This document shows positions 7,612 through 16,474 of a DNA stretch of 35,278 nt, one piece after another (position 1 is the first letter of the stretch; every line of letters begins with the position of its first letter). The DNA lies in NCBI GenBank assembly GCA_964594375.1, contig CAZQMG010000002.1:1-35278 (forward strand), read 5' to 3'. The stretch comes from an uncultured Clostridia bacterium. GTDB lineage: Bacteria; Aerophobota; Aerophobia; Aerophobales; AE-B3A. The position numbers and the translations under genes were made by a program. The notes beneath the pieces were generated by a model. The model had not been told where the DNA came from and did not search any database. It was given only the letters and a program-made list of their open reading frames with translations.

Positions 7612-8451
7612 TTAGTTGATTAAGGAAAGCTTATTCTTTATTTTTTCTATTGTCTCCCTAGGGGTAGATGTGCCTCCAGTAAGAGCAATTCTTTTTATTC
7701 CTTTTAGTTCTTCTATATCTAGATCTTTTTCCTTCTCTATGAAATAGGTCTTTGTTCCTGATGAACGACATAGTTTAACTAATTGGCGGGTATTAGAACT
7801 GTTATATCCTCCTATTACTATTACTGCTTCAGTTTTCTCGGCTAACTTCAAAATACCTTCCTGGCGTTCTCTTATTATTCTACATATAGTATTGAATGCT
7901 CTGCACTCTTTCCCTTTTATTATTAGATTCTTCACAATATTGCTAAAATTGTCAAGGCTTTCTGTGGTTTGAGCGACTATTCCCATTTTTCTTACAGAAG
8001 GGAGCTTCTCTGCCTCCCGTTCGTTCTTGACTACACAAACCTTTCCATTTTTTACACTTGCCATTAACCCCTTTACCTCAGGATGAGTATTGCTGCCTAC
8101 AATAACTACTAGATAAGACTTCTGGGAAAGAGATTTTACTATATTTTGTACCTCTACCACATAAGGACAAGTAGCGTTCAGCACCCTTATTCTTCTTTTT
8201 TTTGCTTCCTCTATTAGAGAAGGGTCTACACCGTGGGACCTAATAACCAAGGTTCCTTCCTTAATTTGAGATAAGTTCTCTATGGACTCGATTCCCTTTC
8301 TTTTTAAATTTTCCACTACTTGAGAATTATGAATCAAATCACCCAGAGTATAGATTTTTCCGCTTCTTTTGATCTCGTTGAGAACTAATTTTAAAGCTCT
8401 TTTCACTCCAAAGCAAAACCCAATTTCCTGAGGAAGAAAAACTTGCATCAA
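7612..8451 (-). CDS. ispH: 4-hydroxy-3-methylbut-2-enyl diphosphate reductase
   Basis: 279 aa; GFCFGVKRA, IHN..V, CPYV; classic cmk-ispH-rpsA neighbourhood. Confidence 0.9.
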   Translation of the reverse strand: MMQVFLPQEIGFCFGVKRALKLVLNEIKRSGKIYTLGDLIHNSQVVENLKRKGIESIENLSQIKEGTLVIRSHGVDPSLIEEAKKRRIRVLNATCPYVVEVQNIVKSLSQKSYLVVIVGSNTHPEVKGLMASVKNGKVCVVKNEREAEKLPSVRKMGIVAQTTESLDNFSNIVKNLIIKGKECRAFNTICRIIRERQEGILKLAEKTEAVIVIGGYNSSNTRQLVKLCRSSGTKTYFIEKEKDLDIEELKGIKRIALTGGTSTPRETIEKIKNKLSLIN

Positions 8452-9080
8452 CTCAATCCCTCTCTATACAGAAGTCTCATCTTTTCTTCTAACTCATTCT
8501 GAAGTTCTTCTATATCTTTTCTGGTTATTTCTCTATTAGAAGCTATATTCTTTTTTAAAGGCTTTCCTGCCCGTGCCCTTATCCTGGCCAATCTTATCAG
8601 TTTTTTCCCCCTGGGTAAAACCTTTTCCGTTCCCCAAACAATTATAGGAATAATAGGCACATCAGCCTTGAGAGCTATTCTAGCTATTCCTGCATGGAGC
8701 TGCCCGATTGTTCCATCTATACTTCTGGTTCCTTCTGGGAAGAGAACAACAACTTCCCTCTTCTGTAAAAGTTTCAGAATTTTCTTATAGGTTGTTCTAT
8801 CTATCCTCTCTCTCTTTATTGGAAAAGCTCCTAATTTCACTATCATCCAGCGAAAAAACAAATTTTCAAAGAGCTCTTCTTTAGCCATGAAGTTCACCCT
8901 GCGAGGAACAAAAATACCTAGAACAATAGGATCAAGATAACTGAGGTGATTAGAAGCAAGAATCGCCCCTCCCCCATAGGGAATGTTTTCTTTTCCTTCA
9001 ATTTCTATAGCAAAGAAAACCTTAAAAACTGCTATTGCCAATCCTCGCAAGATAGAATACCAGAAGGGAGTACCCTTCAT
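8448..9080 (-). CDS. plsC: 1-acyl-sn-glycerol-3-phosphate acyltransferase
   Basis: 210 aa; HX4D motif NHLSYLDP and FPEGTRS; 4-nt overlaps with both neighbours. Confidence 0.85.
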   Translation of the reverse strand: MKGTPFWYSILRGLAIAVFKVFFAIEIEGKENIPYGGGAILASNHLSYLDPIVLGIFVPRRVNFMAKEELFENLFFRWMIVKLGAFPIKRERIDRTTYKKILKLLQKREVVVLFPEGTRSIDGTIGQLHAGIARIALKADVPIIPIIVWGTEKVLPRGKKLIRLARIRARAGKPLKKNIASNREITRKDIEELQNELEEKMRLLYREGLS

Positions 9081-9745
9081 CGGACAAGTTTTCTTTTCAA
9101 TATATCTAATATTTTATTTGTTGTCTGAGAAATATTCAGATGAGTGTTATTTATAACTATTGCCTTTTGAGAAATTTTTAAAGGGGATATTTTTCTTTGG
9201 CAATCTATTTTATCTCGGTTGGTAAGCCCGGCGGCTATTTCTTTCTTGTCACAAGAGAGATTTTTCTCTTTTTCTTCCATCCAACGTCTTCTTGTCCTTT
9301 CTCCTAAAGAAGCTTTCAGGAAAATCTTTAGCTCCGCCTCAGGGAAGACTATAGTGGTCATATCCCTACCTTCGGCTACTATACCACCTTTTTTACCTAT
9401 TTGCTTTTGCTGAGTAACCAGTACTTCTCGCACTTCTTTTACACTAGAAACTAAAGAAACATATCTATTTACCTCGGGAGAACGAAGGAAAGAAGTTATA
9501 TCCTGCTTATCCAGGTAGACCTTATTTTCCAGGTTAGGTCCTGGCTTCAATTGAATCTGTGTATTCTTAGCTAGTTCAGAAAGAGCTTTGTTACTCTTGA
9601 TATCTACTTTATCTCTTAAAGCCTTCCATGTCAAGGCTCTATACATTGCTCCCGTATCTATGTATAGGTAACCCAGTTTTTTTGCTAGAAGACGGGCAGT
9701 AGTGCTTTTTCCTGCCGCTGCTGGGCCATCAATGGCTATAGTCAT
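9077..9745 (-). CDS. cmk: Cytidylate kinase
   Basis: MTIAIDGPAAAGKST P-loop. I prefer the ATG at 9745 (7 nt after the hisC stop, preceded by AGGAAG) over the ORF-track start at 9817, which would overlap hisC by 65 nt. Confidence 0.85.
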   Translation of the reverse strand: MTIAIDGPAAAGKSTTARLLAKKLGYLYIDTGAMYRALTWKALRDKVDIKSNKALSELAKNTQIQLKPGPNLENKVYLDKQDITSFLRSPEVNRYVSLVSSVKEVREVLVTQQKQIGKKGGIVAEGRDMTTIVFPEAELKIFLKASLGERTRRRWMEEKEKNLSCDKKEIAAGLTNRDKIDCQRKISPLKISQKAIVINNTHLNISQTTNKILDILKRKLVR

Positions 9746-9752
9746 CTTCCTA

Positions 9753-10865
9753 TCAAATTGAGAGGAAGATTTTGTCCAGGGCTCTGATGAATCTCTCGTT
9801 TTGTTCTCTGGTTCCAATGGTTAGCCTTATATATTGAGTGAGATTATATGCCTTCATTCCTCGAATGATTATTCCATCCTGGAGTAATCTTTTTTCTACA
9901 TAGGAAGCTTTTATGCCCAGCTTAATTAGTATAAAATTGGCTTGCGTTGGAATATAGGAAAGCTTCATTTTGTTAAGGTTAGAATAGAGATATTCTTTTT
10001 CTTCCTTTATTAATTTCTTGCTTCGTTCGATTTGATATTTATCTTTAAGGCTAGCCAAAGCAGCTGCCTGGGCCAGGGAATTCACGTTGAAGGGTGGGCG
10101 AGCCCGATTAAGCATTTCTATGATTTGAGGTCGTGCAATTCCATAGCCTATTCTTAAACCGGCCAAACCATAAATTTTAGAAAAAGTCCGTAAAATAACA
10201 ATATTGTTTTTTTCATTCAAAAGATTTATAGTCTGAGGATAATTTTCATCTTCCACGTATTCGAAGTAGGCCTCATCAAAAATTACTATAATTTGGGAAG
10301 AAAGGTCTTTCAAAAAATTTCTCACTTCCTTTTTTTCTACAATGGTGCCGGTAGGATTATTGGGATTACTAATAAAGATTAGTTTAGTCTTAGAAGTTAT
10401 TGCTTTAGCCATTGCTGGAAGGTTTAATCTAAAATTATTTAAGGGAATAGGGAGAATTCTTGCCTGGCTCAACTGGGTATCTATTTTGTACATTAAAAAA
10501 GAAGGATCTCCCATTATTGCTTCTTCACCTTTCTGCAGGAATACGCGAGTAACCAGAGAGACTATTTCATCAGAGCCGTTTCCCAGAATAATCTCTTCTT
10601 CTCCCAGACCCAACTTATCTGCCAGAGCTTTCTTTAAGTAATAACCCCCTCCGTCCGGATAAATATTCACCTTACCGGCATATTTCTTAATAGCCTCTAT
10701 GGCTTTATTAGATGGACCCAGCGGATTTTCATTGGAAGCAAGTTTAACTACTGTCTTTAGCCCAAGTTCTCTTTTCACCTCTTCTATAGGCTTGCCTGGC
10801 TGATAGGACTTGATTTTCATAATATCAGGCATAGCCAATAACTCAAGTTTATTATCTCTTAACAA
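9753..10865 (-). CDS. hisC: Histidinol-phosphate aminotransferase
   Basis: 370 aa; SNENP, PLP-lysine block FSKIYGLAGLRIGY. The start is TTG at 10865 and is uncertain (in-frame ATGs at codons 12 and 16). Confidence 0.85.
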   Translation of the reverse strand: MLRDNKLELLAMPDIMKIKSYQPGKPIEEVKRELGLKTVVKLASNENPLGPSNKAIEAIKKYAGKVNIYPDGGGYYLKKALADKLGLGEEEIILGNGSDEIVSLVTRVFLQKGEEAIMGDPSFLMYKIDTQLSQARILPIPLNNFRLNLPAMAKAITSKTKLIFISNPNNPTGTIVEKKEVRNFLKDLSSQIIVIFDEAYFEYVEDENYPQTINLLNEKNNIVILRTFSKIYGLAGLRIGYGIARPQIIEMLNRARPPFNVNSLAQAAALASLKDKYQIERSKKLIKEEKEYLYSNLNKMKLSYIPTQANFILIKLGIKASYVEKRLLQDGIIIRGMKAYNLTQYIRLTIGTREQNERFIRALDKIFLSI

Positions 10866-10873
10866 TGAATTTA

Positions 10874-10934
10874 TTCCCTTTTTCCCCTCACCTCAATCCT
10901 CTCCCACAGGGGAGAGGGAAGGGAGAGGGGGTAA
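10874..10934. repeat. GGGGAGAGG hairpin element, copy 1
   Basis: ttccctttttcccctcacctcaatCCTCTCCCacaGGGGAGAGGgaagggagagggggtaa; about 90 percent identical to 32444-32497. Confidence 0.85.
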
Positions 10935-10935
10935 G

Positions 10936-11020
10936 TTCAACTATCTTGAACTATGTTTTTGAATTTCCTATGAATTTGGTTTTGAACTTGCTATGAGCAA
11001 TGAACTATGAACTATGAGCT
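10936..11020. repeat. Heptamer-phased array (ctatgaN family) abutting and including the ilvD stop codon
   Basis: ..ctatgag caatgaa ctatgaa ctatgag ctatttc.. in a constant 7-nt register. Confidence 0.75.
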
Positions 11021-12671
11021 ATTTCAATGTTGCCCCTTGACTAGCTGGTCCTACCAGCCGACTGTAACGGGCTAAATATCCTTCTTTTACGCCAGAGGGA
11101 GGCTTTTTCCAATTATCTCTTCTTTTCTTTAGTTCTTCTTCAGATAAGTTGATATTTAGAAGTCTTCCCGGGATATCAATAATAATCTCATCTCCATCTT
11201 GTAGAAGAGCAATGGGGCCTCCTACCTGTGCTTCAGGACAAATATGGCCAATACAAGGGCCTCTTGTTCCCCCGGAGAATCGTCCGTCGGTAATCAAGGC
11301 TACTGATTCGCTCAATCCCATTCCTGCAATAGTGGCGGTAGGGGAAAGCATCTCTCTCATCCCCGGACCTCCCTGAGGGCCCTCATAGCGAATGACAATA
11401 ACCTCACCTTCTTTTATTCTTCCTTCATAAATACTCTTAACTGCCTCTTCCTCGCTATCAAAAACACGAGCTTTTCCCCGGAAGTTTTTCATCTTTTCGC
11501 TTACGGCAGACTGCTTTACTACCGCTCCTTGAGGAGCAAGAGAACCGGTGAGTACAGCTATTCCCCCCTCTTGATTGTAAGGATTATCTAAACTCCTGAT
11601 TATTTCGTTGTCAACAATTTCTGCTTTCCGGGCGATTTCTTTTATAGGAATACCGGAAACTATGCAACGATCGGAGAGAAAATCAGTAAGTCGTTTTAAT
11701 AAAGCAGGGATTCCACCCGCCCATTCCAGGTCTTCCATAAAGTATTCCCCTCCCGGTCGCAGGCTAACTAGATGAGGGGTTTCTCTTCCTATTCTATCAA
11801 AATCGTCAAGAGATAGGCTGACTTTTGCTTCCTGAGCAATAGCCAGAAGATGGAGTACAGTATTACTGGAACCTCCTAGAGCCATATCCGCCCGAATAGC
11901 ATCTGTGAAAGCCTGGTTATTCATTATATCCCGGGGGAGAACATTTTCCTTAATCAAATCTATAATCCTCTCTCCGCTTTCATAGGCGAGCCTCTTTCTT
12001 TTGGCGGAGACAGCCAAAGCACAACCAGACCCAGTCAGGCTCATTCCCAGGACTTCCGTCAGGCAATCCATAGTGTTAGCTGTATATAAGCCCTGGCATG
12101 AACCGACTCCCGGACAAGCTTCTTCTTCTAAGGAATGAAGTTGTTCTTCATTTATTTCTCCCTTTTTGAGTCTGCCCACTGACTCATAGGAATCCCTCAC
12201 ATAAGAAAGTCTCTTTCCTCTCAATCTCCCCGAGAGCATAGGGCCAGCGGTAACAATAATGGTAGGGATATTTACCCGAGCGGCAGCCATAAGGGCACCA
12301 GGGGTTATTTTATCACAATTAGTAAGAAGAATAAGACCGTCAAAAGAGTGAGCTAGAGCTACGCTTTCAATAGAATCAGCTATCAGTTCTCGGGAAGGAA
12401 GGGAGTATCTCATTCCCATATGCCCCATAGCAATTCCATCACAAATAGCAGGAATGCCAAAGACAAAAGGATAACCCCCTCCTGACTCTACACCTCTTTC
12501 TATGAACCTCTCCAGGTCACGCATCTGAATATGGCCTGGAACTATGCTGCTGAAACTAGAAGCGATCCCTATAAAAGGCTTGCTTAAGGATTTTTTCGTT
12601 ACTCCTGTGGCGTAAAGTAATGCCCGATGAGGAGCTCGTTCGATTCCCTTTTTTATTTTATCGCTACGCAA
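11019..12671 (-). CDS. ilvD: Dihydroxy-acid dehydratase
   Basis: 550 aa; CDKITPG and [12 protein letters not shown] motifs; TTG start with GGAGGT 7 nt upstream. Confidence 0.92.
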   Translation of the reverse strand: MRSDKIKKGIERAPHRALLYATGVTKKSLSKPFIGIASSFSSIVPGHIQMRDLERFIERGVESGGGYPFVFGIPAICDGIAMGHMGMRYSLPSRELIADSIESVALAHSFDGLILLTNCDKITPGALMAAARVNIPTIIVTAGPMLSGRLRGKRLSYVRDSYESVGRLKKGEINEEQLHSLEEEACPGVGSCQGLYTANTMDCLTEVLGMSLTGSGCALAVSAKRKRLAYESGERIIDLIKENVLPRDIMNNQAFTDAIRADMALGGSSNTVLHLLAIAQEAKVSLSLDDFDRIGRETPHLVSLRPGGEYFMEDLEWAGGIPALLKRLTDFLSDRCIVSGIPIKEIARKAEIVDNEIIRSLDNPYNQEGGIAVLTGSLAPQGAVVKQSAVSEKMKNFRGKARVFDSEEEAVKSIYEGRIKEGEVIVIRYEGPQGGPGMREMLSPTATIAGMGLSESVALITDGRFSGGTRGPCIGHICPEAQVGGPIALLQDGDEIIIDIPGRLLNINLSEEELKKRRDNWKKPPSGVKEGYLARYSRLVGPASQGATLK

Positions 12672-12708
12672 TTTTTACCTCCAGGGTGAGATAAAAAACC
12701 CAAATATT

Positions 12709-12767
12709 GTAGAGGTCCGATTTATCGGACTTGTTAGCAAAGCGTGTTTCATAAATGAAACCTCTAC
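12709..12767 (-). promoter_or_regulatory. Three-way-junction / double-palindrome element in the ilvD leader
   Basis: Minus-strand RNA: GTAGAGG [GTTTCAT-TT-ATGAAAC] ACGCTTTGCTAACAA [GTCCGAT-AA-ATCGGAC] CCTCTAC, followed 10 nt later by GGGTTTTTT and the RBS. Confidence 0.45.
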
Positions 12768-12790
12768 TATATAGGATATCCCTCTTTTTT

Positions 12791-13091
12791 AGCGTATAGC
12801 GGGTAGCGTAGAGCGTATAGTAGAAAATGCAAAAACATAGGAGATAAGTTTATGGTTCATCGATAGAAACAACGATAACATGTTAATCAGTGAGCGAGTA
12901 GCACTCTCCTTTGGAGTGAGGGCAAAATTAACCATTTAACTAATTAACCAAGTTAACTAACGCGTTAGCAGGTCAATGAACAACGAACAATCAACTATGA
13001 ACAAAATGGTGAATTATGATTTTTTACTCCTAGGTTTAAGCTTTTCGCTTTGATGATTTATCCTATACGCTAAACGCTATCCGCTGCCGCT
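12791..13091. repeat. 301-nt spacer parsable as 43 heptamers in a single register, with inverted (AGCGNNT)4 terminal arrays
   Basis: agcgtat agcgggt agcgtag agcgtat ... accattt aactaat taaccaa gttaact ... tcaatga acaacga acaatca actatga ... tatacgc taaacgc tatccgc tgccgct. Confidence 0.8.
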
Positions 13092-13121
13092 ATGTTAAAA
13101 CATCCCTCAGTGTTTCTTCGC

Positions 13122-13628
13122 TCACAAAGCGTACCCGATACTAGCGCCAAGGCTAAGAGCAAATCCCCGGTCACCAGTATAATAACCTGCTCGTGCAAAG
13201 GGTTCTACACTCAGGTTTGGAGTAAAGAAGTATCTATAGCCAGCTTCTGCCCCAAAACCAAAAAAAGTTCCGGAGTCGAGCTTTAATCCAAGAAAGATGA
13301 TAGACCAATAATCCATACTTGCGAATCCTCCTATCCATAATCCTTCTGGAGCCATGGGTTTAAGGTATTTCTTTATCCCCAGTAATCCTCTATACGTTGT
13401 TACAATGCTTTCGCTACCCCGGCTAACTTCTCCGTGAACAGTTAGACTGGAACTTAATGTCCTTTCGTAGTCTGCACCGAAATAGGTTATTGTTTCACCT
13501 CCTGGTAACAACATGGAGAAGCCACCACTAAGGACAGTTTGGGGTCTTTGCCCTGCTAGTGCTGTACTCCCTATCATACCCAGTATTAGCATCATTACTA
13601 ATACCAGACAAATCCCTTTCTTCTTCAT
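13122..13628 (-). CDS. Small secreted beta-barrel (OMP_b-brl-like) protein
   Basis: 168 aa; signal peptide MKKKGICLVLVMMLILGMIGSTALA; alternating Gly/aromatic strands to the C-terminus (..SLGASIGYAL). Confidence 0.6.
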   Translation of the reverse strand: MKKKGICLVLVMMLILGMIGSTALAGQRPQTVLSGGFSMLLPGGETITYFGADYERTLSSSLTVHGEVSRGSESIVTTYRGLLGIKKYLKPMAPEGLWIGGFASMDYWSIIFLGLKLDSGTFFGFGAEAGYRYFFTPNLSVEPFARAGYYTGDRGFALSLGASIGYAL

Positions 13629-13802
13629 TTCTTTTCCCTCCTTTTTTAGTTCTGTAATTTTTCCCTTCGTCTATCCAATATTCTAATGTAAAATGCCTTA
13701 TCATTAAACTGTCGTTCCTCTTAAATCGCAACATTGTAAAATGTACCTGATACTTAACTCGGCTTCGGATCCCGTTTTATGCTTATAAGTCTTTGTTTTG
13801 CC

Positions 13803-13840
13803 TTTACGAGATACGAGCGACGAGCAACTAGCAACAAATT
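13803..13840 (-). repeat. Conserved heptamer-built trailer immediately 3' of tRNA-Ala
   Basis: Minus sense after CCA: aatttgttgctagttgctcgtcgctcgtatctcgtaa; 34/37 identical to the trailer after tRNA-Leu. Confidence 0.85.
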
Positions 13841-13916
13841 TGGTGGAGGCAGGGGGACTCGAACCCCCGACCCCGTCCACGCCAAGGACGTGCTCTCCCA
13901 ACTGAGCTATGCCCCC
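13841..13916 (-). tRNA. tRNA-Ala (anticodon GGC), CCA encoded
   Basis: GGGGGCA acceptor with G3:U70, anticodon stem CGTCC/GGACG with loop TTGGCGT, T arm GGGGG-TTCGAGT-CCCCC. Confidence 0.9.
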
Positions 13917-13918
13917 TA

Positions 13919-14254
13919 TTACACTCTTTTTTCAGCGTCAGCCCATAATCTCTCCAACTGATAAAAATCTCTTCCTGATTTAGAGAAGATATGCACCACC
14001 AATGAACCAAAATCTAGAAGAATCCACAAATCATTGGTAAAATGCCTTCGGTTGAGTTGTTTTATTCCTTTTTCTTCTAGCTCTTTCTCCAGGGCTTGCG
14101 CAATACCTTTCATGTGCAGAGAAGAATCTCCAGTACATATAACAAAATAATCAATGATGGGAAGGATTTTTTTCAGGTTCAAAAGTACTACATCTTTTGC
14201 TTTTTTATCCTCAACTATTTTAATAGCCTTCTGCGCCAACTTTTGAGAAGTCAA
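13919..14254 (-). CDS. rsfS: Ribosome silencing factor RsfS (iojap)
   Basis: 111 aa; DYFVICTG.S..H..GIA..L; W.LLDFG..VVHIF....R.FY.LE.LW. Confidence 0.88.
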   Translation of the reverse strand: MTSQKLAQKAIKIVEDKKAKDVVLLNLKKILPIIDYFVICTGDSSLHMKGIAQALEKELEEKGIKQLNRRHFTNDLWILLDFGSLVVHIFSKSGRDFYQLERLWADAEKRV

Positions 14255-14293
14255 ATTCTCTCTCTCCCGGCTACATAATTTTCTCCATCTCCA

Positions 14294-14896
14294 TCATCTA
14301 TATAGCTTATTTTTAGAAATATACTTCTCTACTGCTTCTGGCAAGAGATATTTAATTGTTTTTCTCTCTTTTATTCTTTTTCTAATTTCCGTAGATGAAA
14401 TGGTCAAAGCCGGAATTTCCATCAGGTAAGTACACTGTTGAAAACGGGAATCTATGCTCTTGATATCCAGTTTATAACCAGGACGGGAAGCAGCAATAAA
14501 TTTCGTTATCTGAGATAAATCTTCTGTTTTGTGCCAGGTGGAAATCTCAGCTATAGCATCAGCTCCTGTAATAAAATAACACTCCGTATTCTCTGGGTAT
14601 ATTTTTTTTAACTGGAGAATAGTCTCCCGAGTATAAGATTCACCCACTCGTTCTATTTCTAAGGAAGAGACCGAAAAATGTTCATTACTAGCCGTAGCTA
14701 ATACTGTCATCATCCAGCGGTGTTCAGGCGGAGCGATTTCATTATTATCTTTATGAGGAGGCTTTCCCGAAGGAATAAAAAGAACTTCATTCAATTTGAA
14801 TTCATCACGAATAAATTCTGCTGCTACTAAATGCCCTTGATGGATAGGATTAAAGGTTCCTCCCATAATGCCTAGTTTAAAGGTTTTTCCACTCAT
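14294..14896 (-). CDS. nadD: Nicotinate-nucleotide adenylyltransferase
   Basis: 200 aa; GGTFNPIHQGH, ISSTEIR. Confidence 0.9.
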   Translation of the reverse strand: MSGKTFKLGIMGGTFNPIHQGHLVAAEFIRDEFKLNEVLFIPSGKPPHKDNNEIAPPEHRWMMTVLATASNEHFSVSSLEIERVGESYTRETILQLKKIYPENTECYFITGADAIAEISTWHKTEDLSQITKFIAASRPGYKLDIKSIDSRFQQCTYLMEIPALTISSTEIRKRIKERKTIKYLLPEAVEKYISKNKLYR

Positions 14897-16419
14897 TTTG
14901 CGTATTCTGTAGCTCGTAGTTCTCTTATCACTGTTATCTTGATCTGTCCAGGGTATTTTAGTTCTTTCTCTACTTGTTGAGCAATTTTTCTGGAAAGTTC
15001 ACTAGCATCCCCATCGGTAATTTCTTGGGGCTGGACTATTATGCGTAACTCTCTACCCGCTTGGATAGCATAAGCATTCTCCACCCCAGAAAATGAATTA
15101 GCTATTTGTTCTAATTCTTTGATTCGTTTAAGATAAGCCTCTAGAACTTCCTTTCTTGCCCCGGGTCGAGCAGCTGATATAGCATCTGCTATTTGGATCA
15201 AAATAGCTAAAATAGTTTCTGCGGTTTGATCTTCATGATGGGCAGCAATAGCATGTACTACACTGGTCGATTCTCCATATCGCTCAGCTAGATGTGCTCC
15301 TATCAAGGCATGAGGACCTTTCATTTCTTGGTCAACAGCTTTCCCAATATCATGAAGAAGTCCTGCTCTTTTAGCCTCTATATAATCTGCGTTAATTTCA
15401 GCAGCAATAATACTGGCTATATAAGCTACTTCTTTTGAATGTTGAAGAACATTTTGTCCATAACTGGTACGATATTTTAGTTTTCCCAGGAGATTAGTTA
15501 ACTCGGAGGACAAGTCAGGTATTCCTATGTCGAAAGCTGTACGCTGGCCTTCCTCTTGAGTAATCTCTTCTATGTCACTCTTAGTCTTTTCTACTATTTC
15601 TTCAATTCTAGCTGGGTGTATTCTACTGTCAGCAATGAGCCGTTTCAAGCTAACCTCAGCAATTTTTCTTCTTATAGGATCAAAACAAGAAATTACCACC
15701 GTTTCTGGTGTATCGTCAACAATCAAATCTACTCCGGTAAGCGCCTCAAAGGTCCTTATATTTCTTCCCTCTCTTCCAATGACTCTTCCTTTCATTTCAT
15801 CATTGGGTAGGGTAAGAGTAGAAATAACCGTGTCAGTTGCTTCATCTACAGCACAGCGTTGAATAGCTATAGCCAGAATCTTTCTTGCCTTTTTATTAGC
15901 TGTTTCTCTGGCTTCTTTTTCTACTTGCTGAATAATCTGTGCTGCTTCGTTTCTTGCTTCCTTTTTTATACTCTCCAACAAGCTTCTCTTTGCTTCCTCA
16001 GTGGATATTCCTGCTACTCTTTCTAACTCCTCTCTCCATTTGATTTGTAAGTCTTTTGTTATTTCCTTATCTTTTTCTAATTTTTGTTCTTCAGTTGAGA
16101 TTTTTTTGTTTCTTTGTTCCAGCTCCTCTAAACGATGATCCAAAACCTCTTCTCTCTCTATTAGCTTCTTCGATAATTGATGAAGTTCATCCCTCTTTTC
16201 TTCAGTGTCTTTTTCAAAGGCACTTCTTATTCGATGAAGTTCTTCTTTCTTTTCCAGCTCGATTTCTCTTCTCTTCTTCTCTACCTCCTCGTCTACCTCA
16301 ATTAATCTCTCTTTTGCTTTCGCTAGTAGAGATTTTGCTTTTATTCGAGCGATAAGAGTGGTTATTACCCATGCTCCTATTACTCCTGCTAACATACATA
16401 TTAGCATTAGGTTAATCAT
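14893..16419 (-). CDS. rny: Ribonuclease Y
   Basis: 508 aa; N-terminal TM helix, Glu/Lys coiled-coil, KH (GREGRNIRTFE), HD (LLHDIGKA). Confidence 0.92.
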   Translation of the reverse strand: MINLMLICMLAGVIGAWVITTLIARIKAKSLLAKAKERLIEVDEEVEKKRREIELEKKEELHRIRSAFEKDTEEKRDELHQLSKKLIEREEVLDHRLEELEQRNKKISTEEQKLEKDKEITKDLQIKWREELERVAGISTEEAKRSLLESIKKEARNEAAQIIQQVEKEARETANKKARKILAIAIQRCAVDEATDTVISTLTLPNDEMKGRVIGREGRNIRTFEALTGVDLIVDDTPETVVISCFDPIRRKIAEVSLKRLIADSRIHPARIEEIVEKTKSDIEEITQEEGQRTAFDIGIPDLSSELTNLLGKLKYRTSYGQNVLQHSKEVAYIASIIAAEINADYIEAKRAGLLHDIGKAVDQEMKGPHALIGAHLAERYGESTSVVHAIAAHHEDQTAETILAILIQIADAISAARPGARKEVLEAYLKRIKELEQIANSFSGVENAYAIQAGRELRIIVQPQEITDGDASELSRKIAQQVEKELKYPGQIKITVIRELRATEYAK

Positions 16420-16474
16420 GGTAAGTACCCCCCATCTATTTTCAAAGATCTACTCAATGTTATTGACGCTATTA

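Noticed and set aside
9746-9817. 24-codon N-terminal extension of cmk, and the analogous 12-codon extension of era (35085-35120)
   Set aside because: The extensions are not part of the conserved families, and the cmk one overlaps hisC by 65 nt. Internal ATGs give canonical N-termini directly before the P-loops.
10874-10934. GGGGAGAGG hairpin as the ilvD rho-independent terminator
   Set aside because: On the transcribed (minus) strand the hairpin is followed by an A-run, not a U-run. The T-run precedes it on the plus strand, where nothing is transcribed into it.
12791-13091. Heptamer arrays considered as a CRISPR array or minisatellite-coded peptide
   Set aside because: The units are 7 nt, contiguous and degenerate, with no repeat-spacer alternation and no cas genes. 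Period 7 breaks any reading frame, so they are not coding.
12672-13121. Possible housekeeping ncRNA (RNase P RNA, tmRNA, SRP RNA, 6S) in the large ilvD / beta-barrel gene spacer
   Set aside because: None of the conserved signature strings that I recall (for example GAGGAAAGTCC for RNase P, or a tRNA-like tmRNA end) is present. The region is explained by heptamer arrays.
13704-14010. Three 60-65-aa ORFs overlapping tRNA-Ala and rsfS
   Set aside because: They read through or antisense to a well-folded tRNA and a conserved rsfS, so they are spurious.
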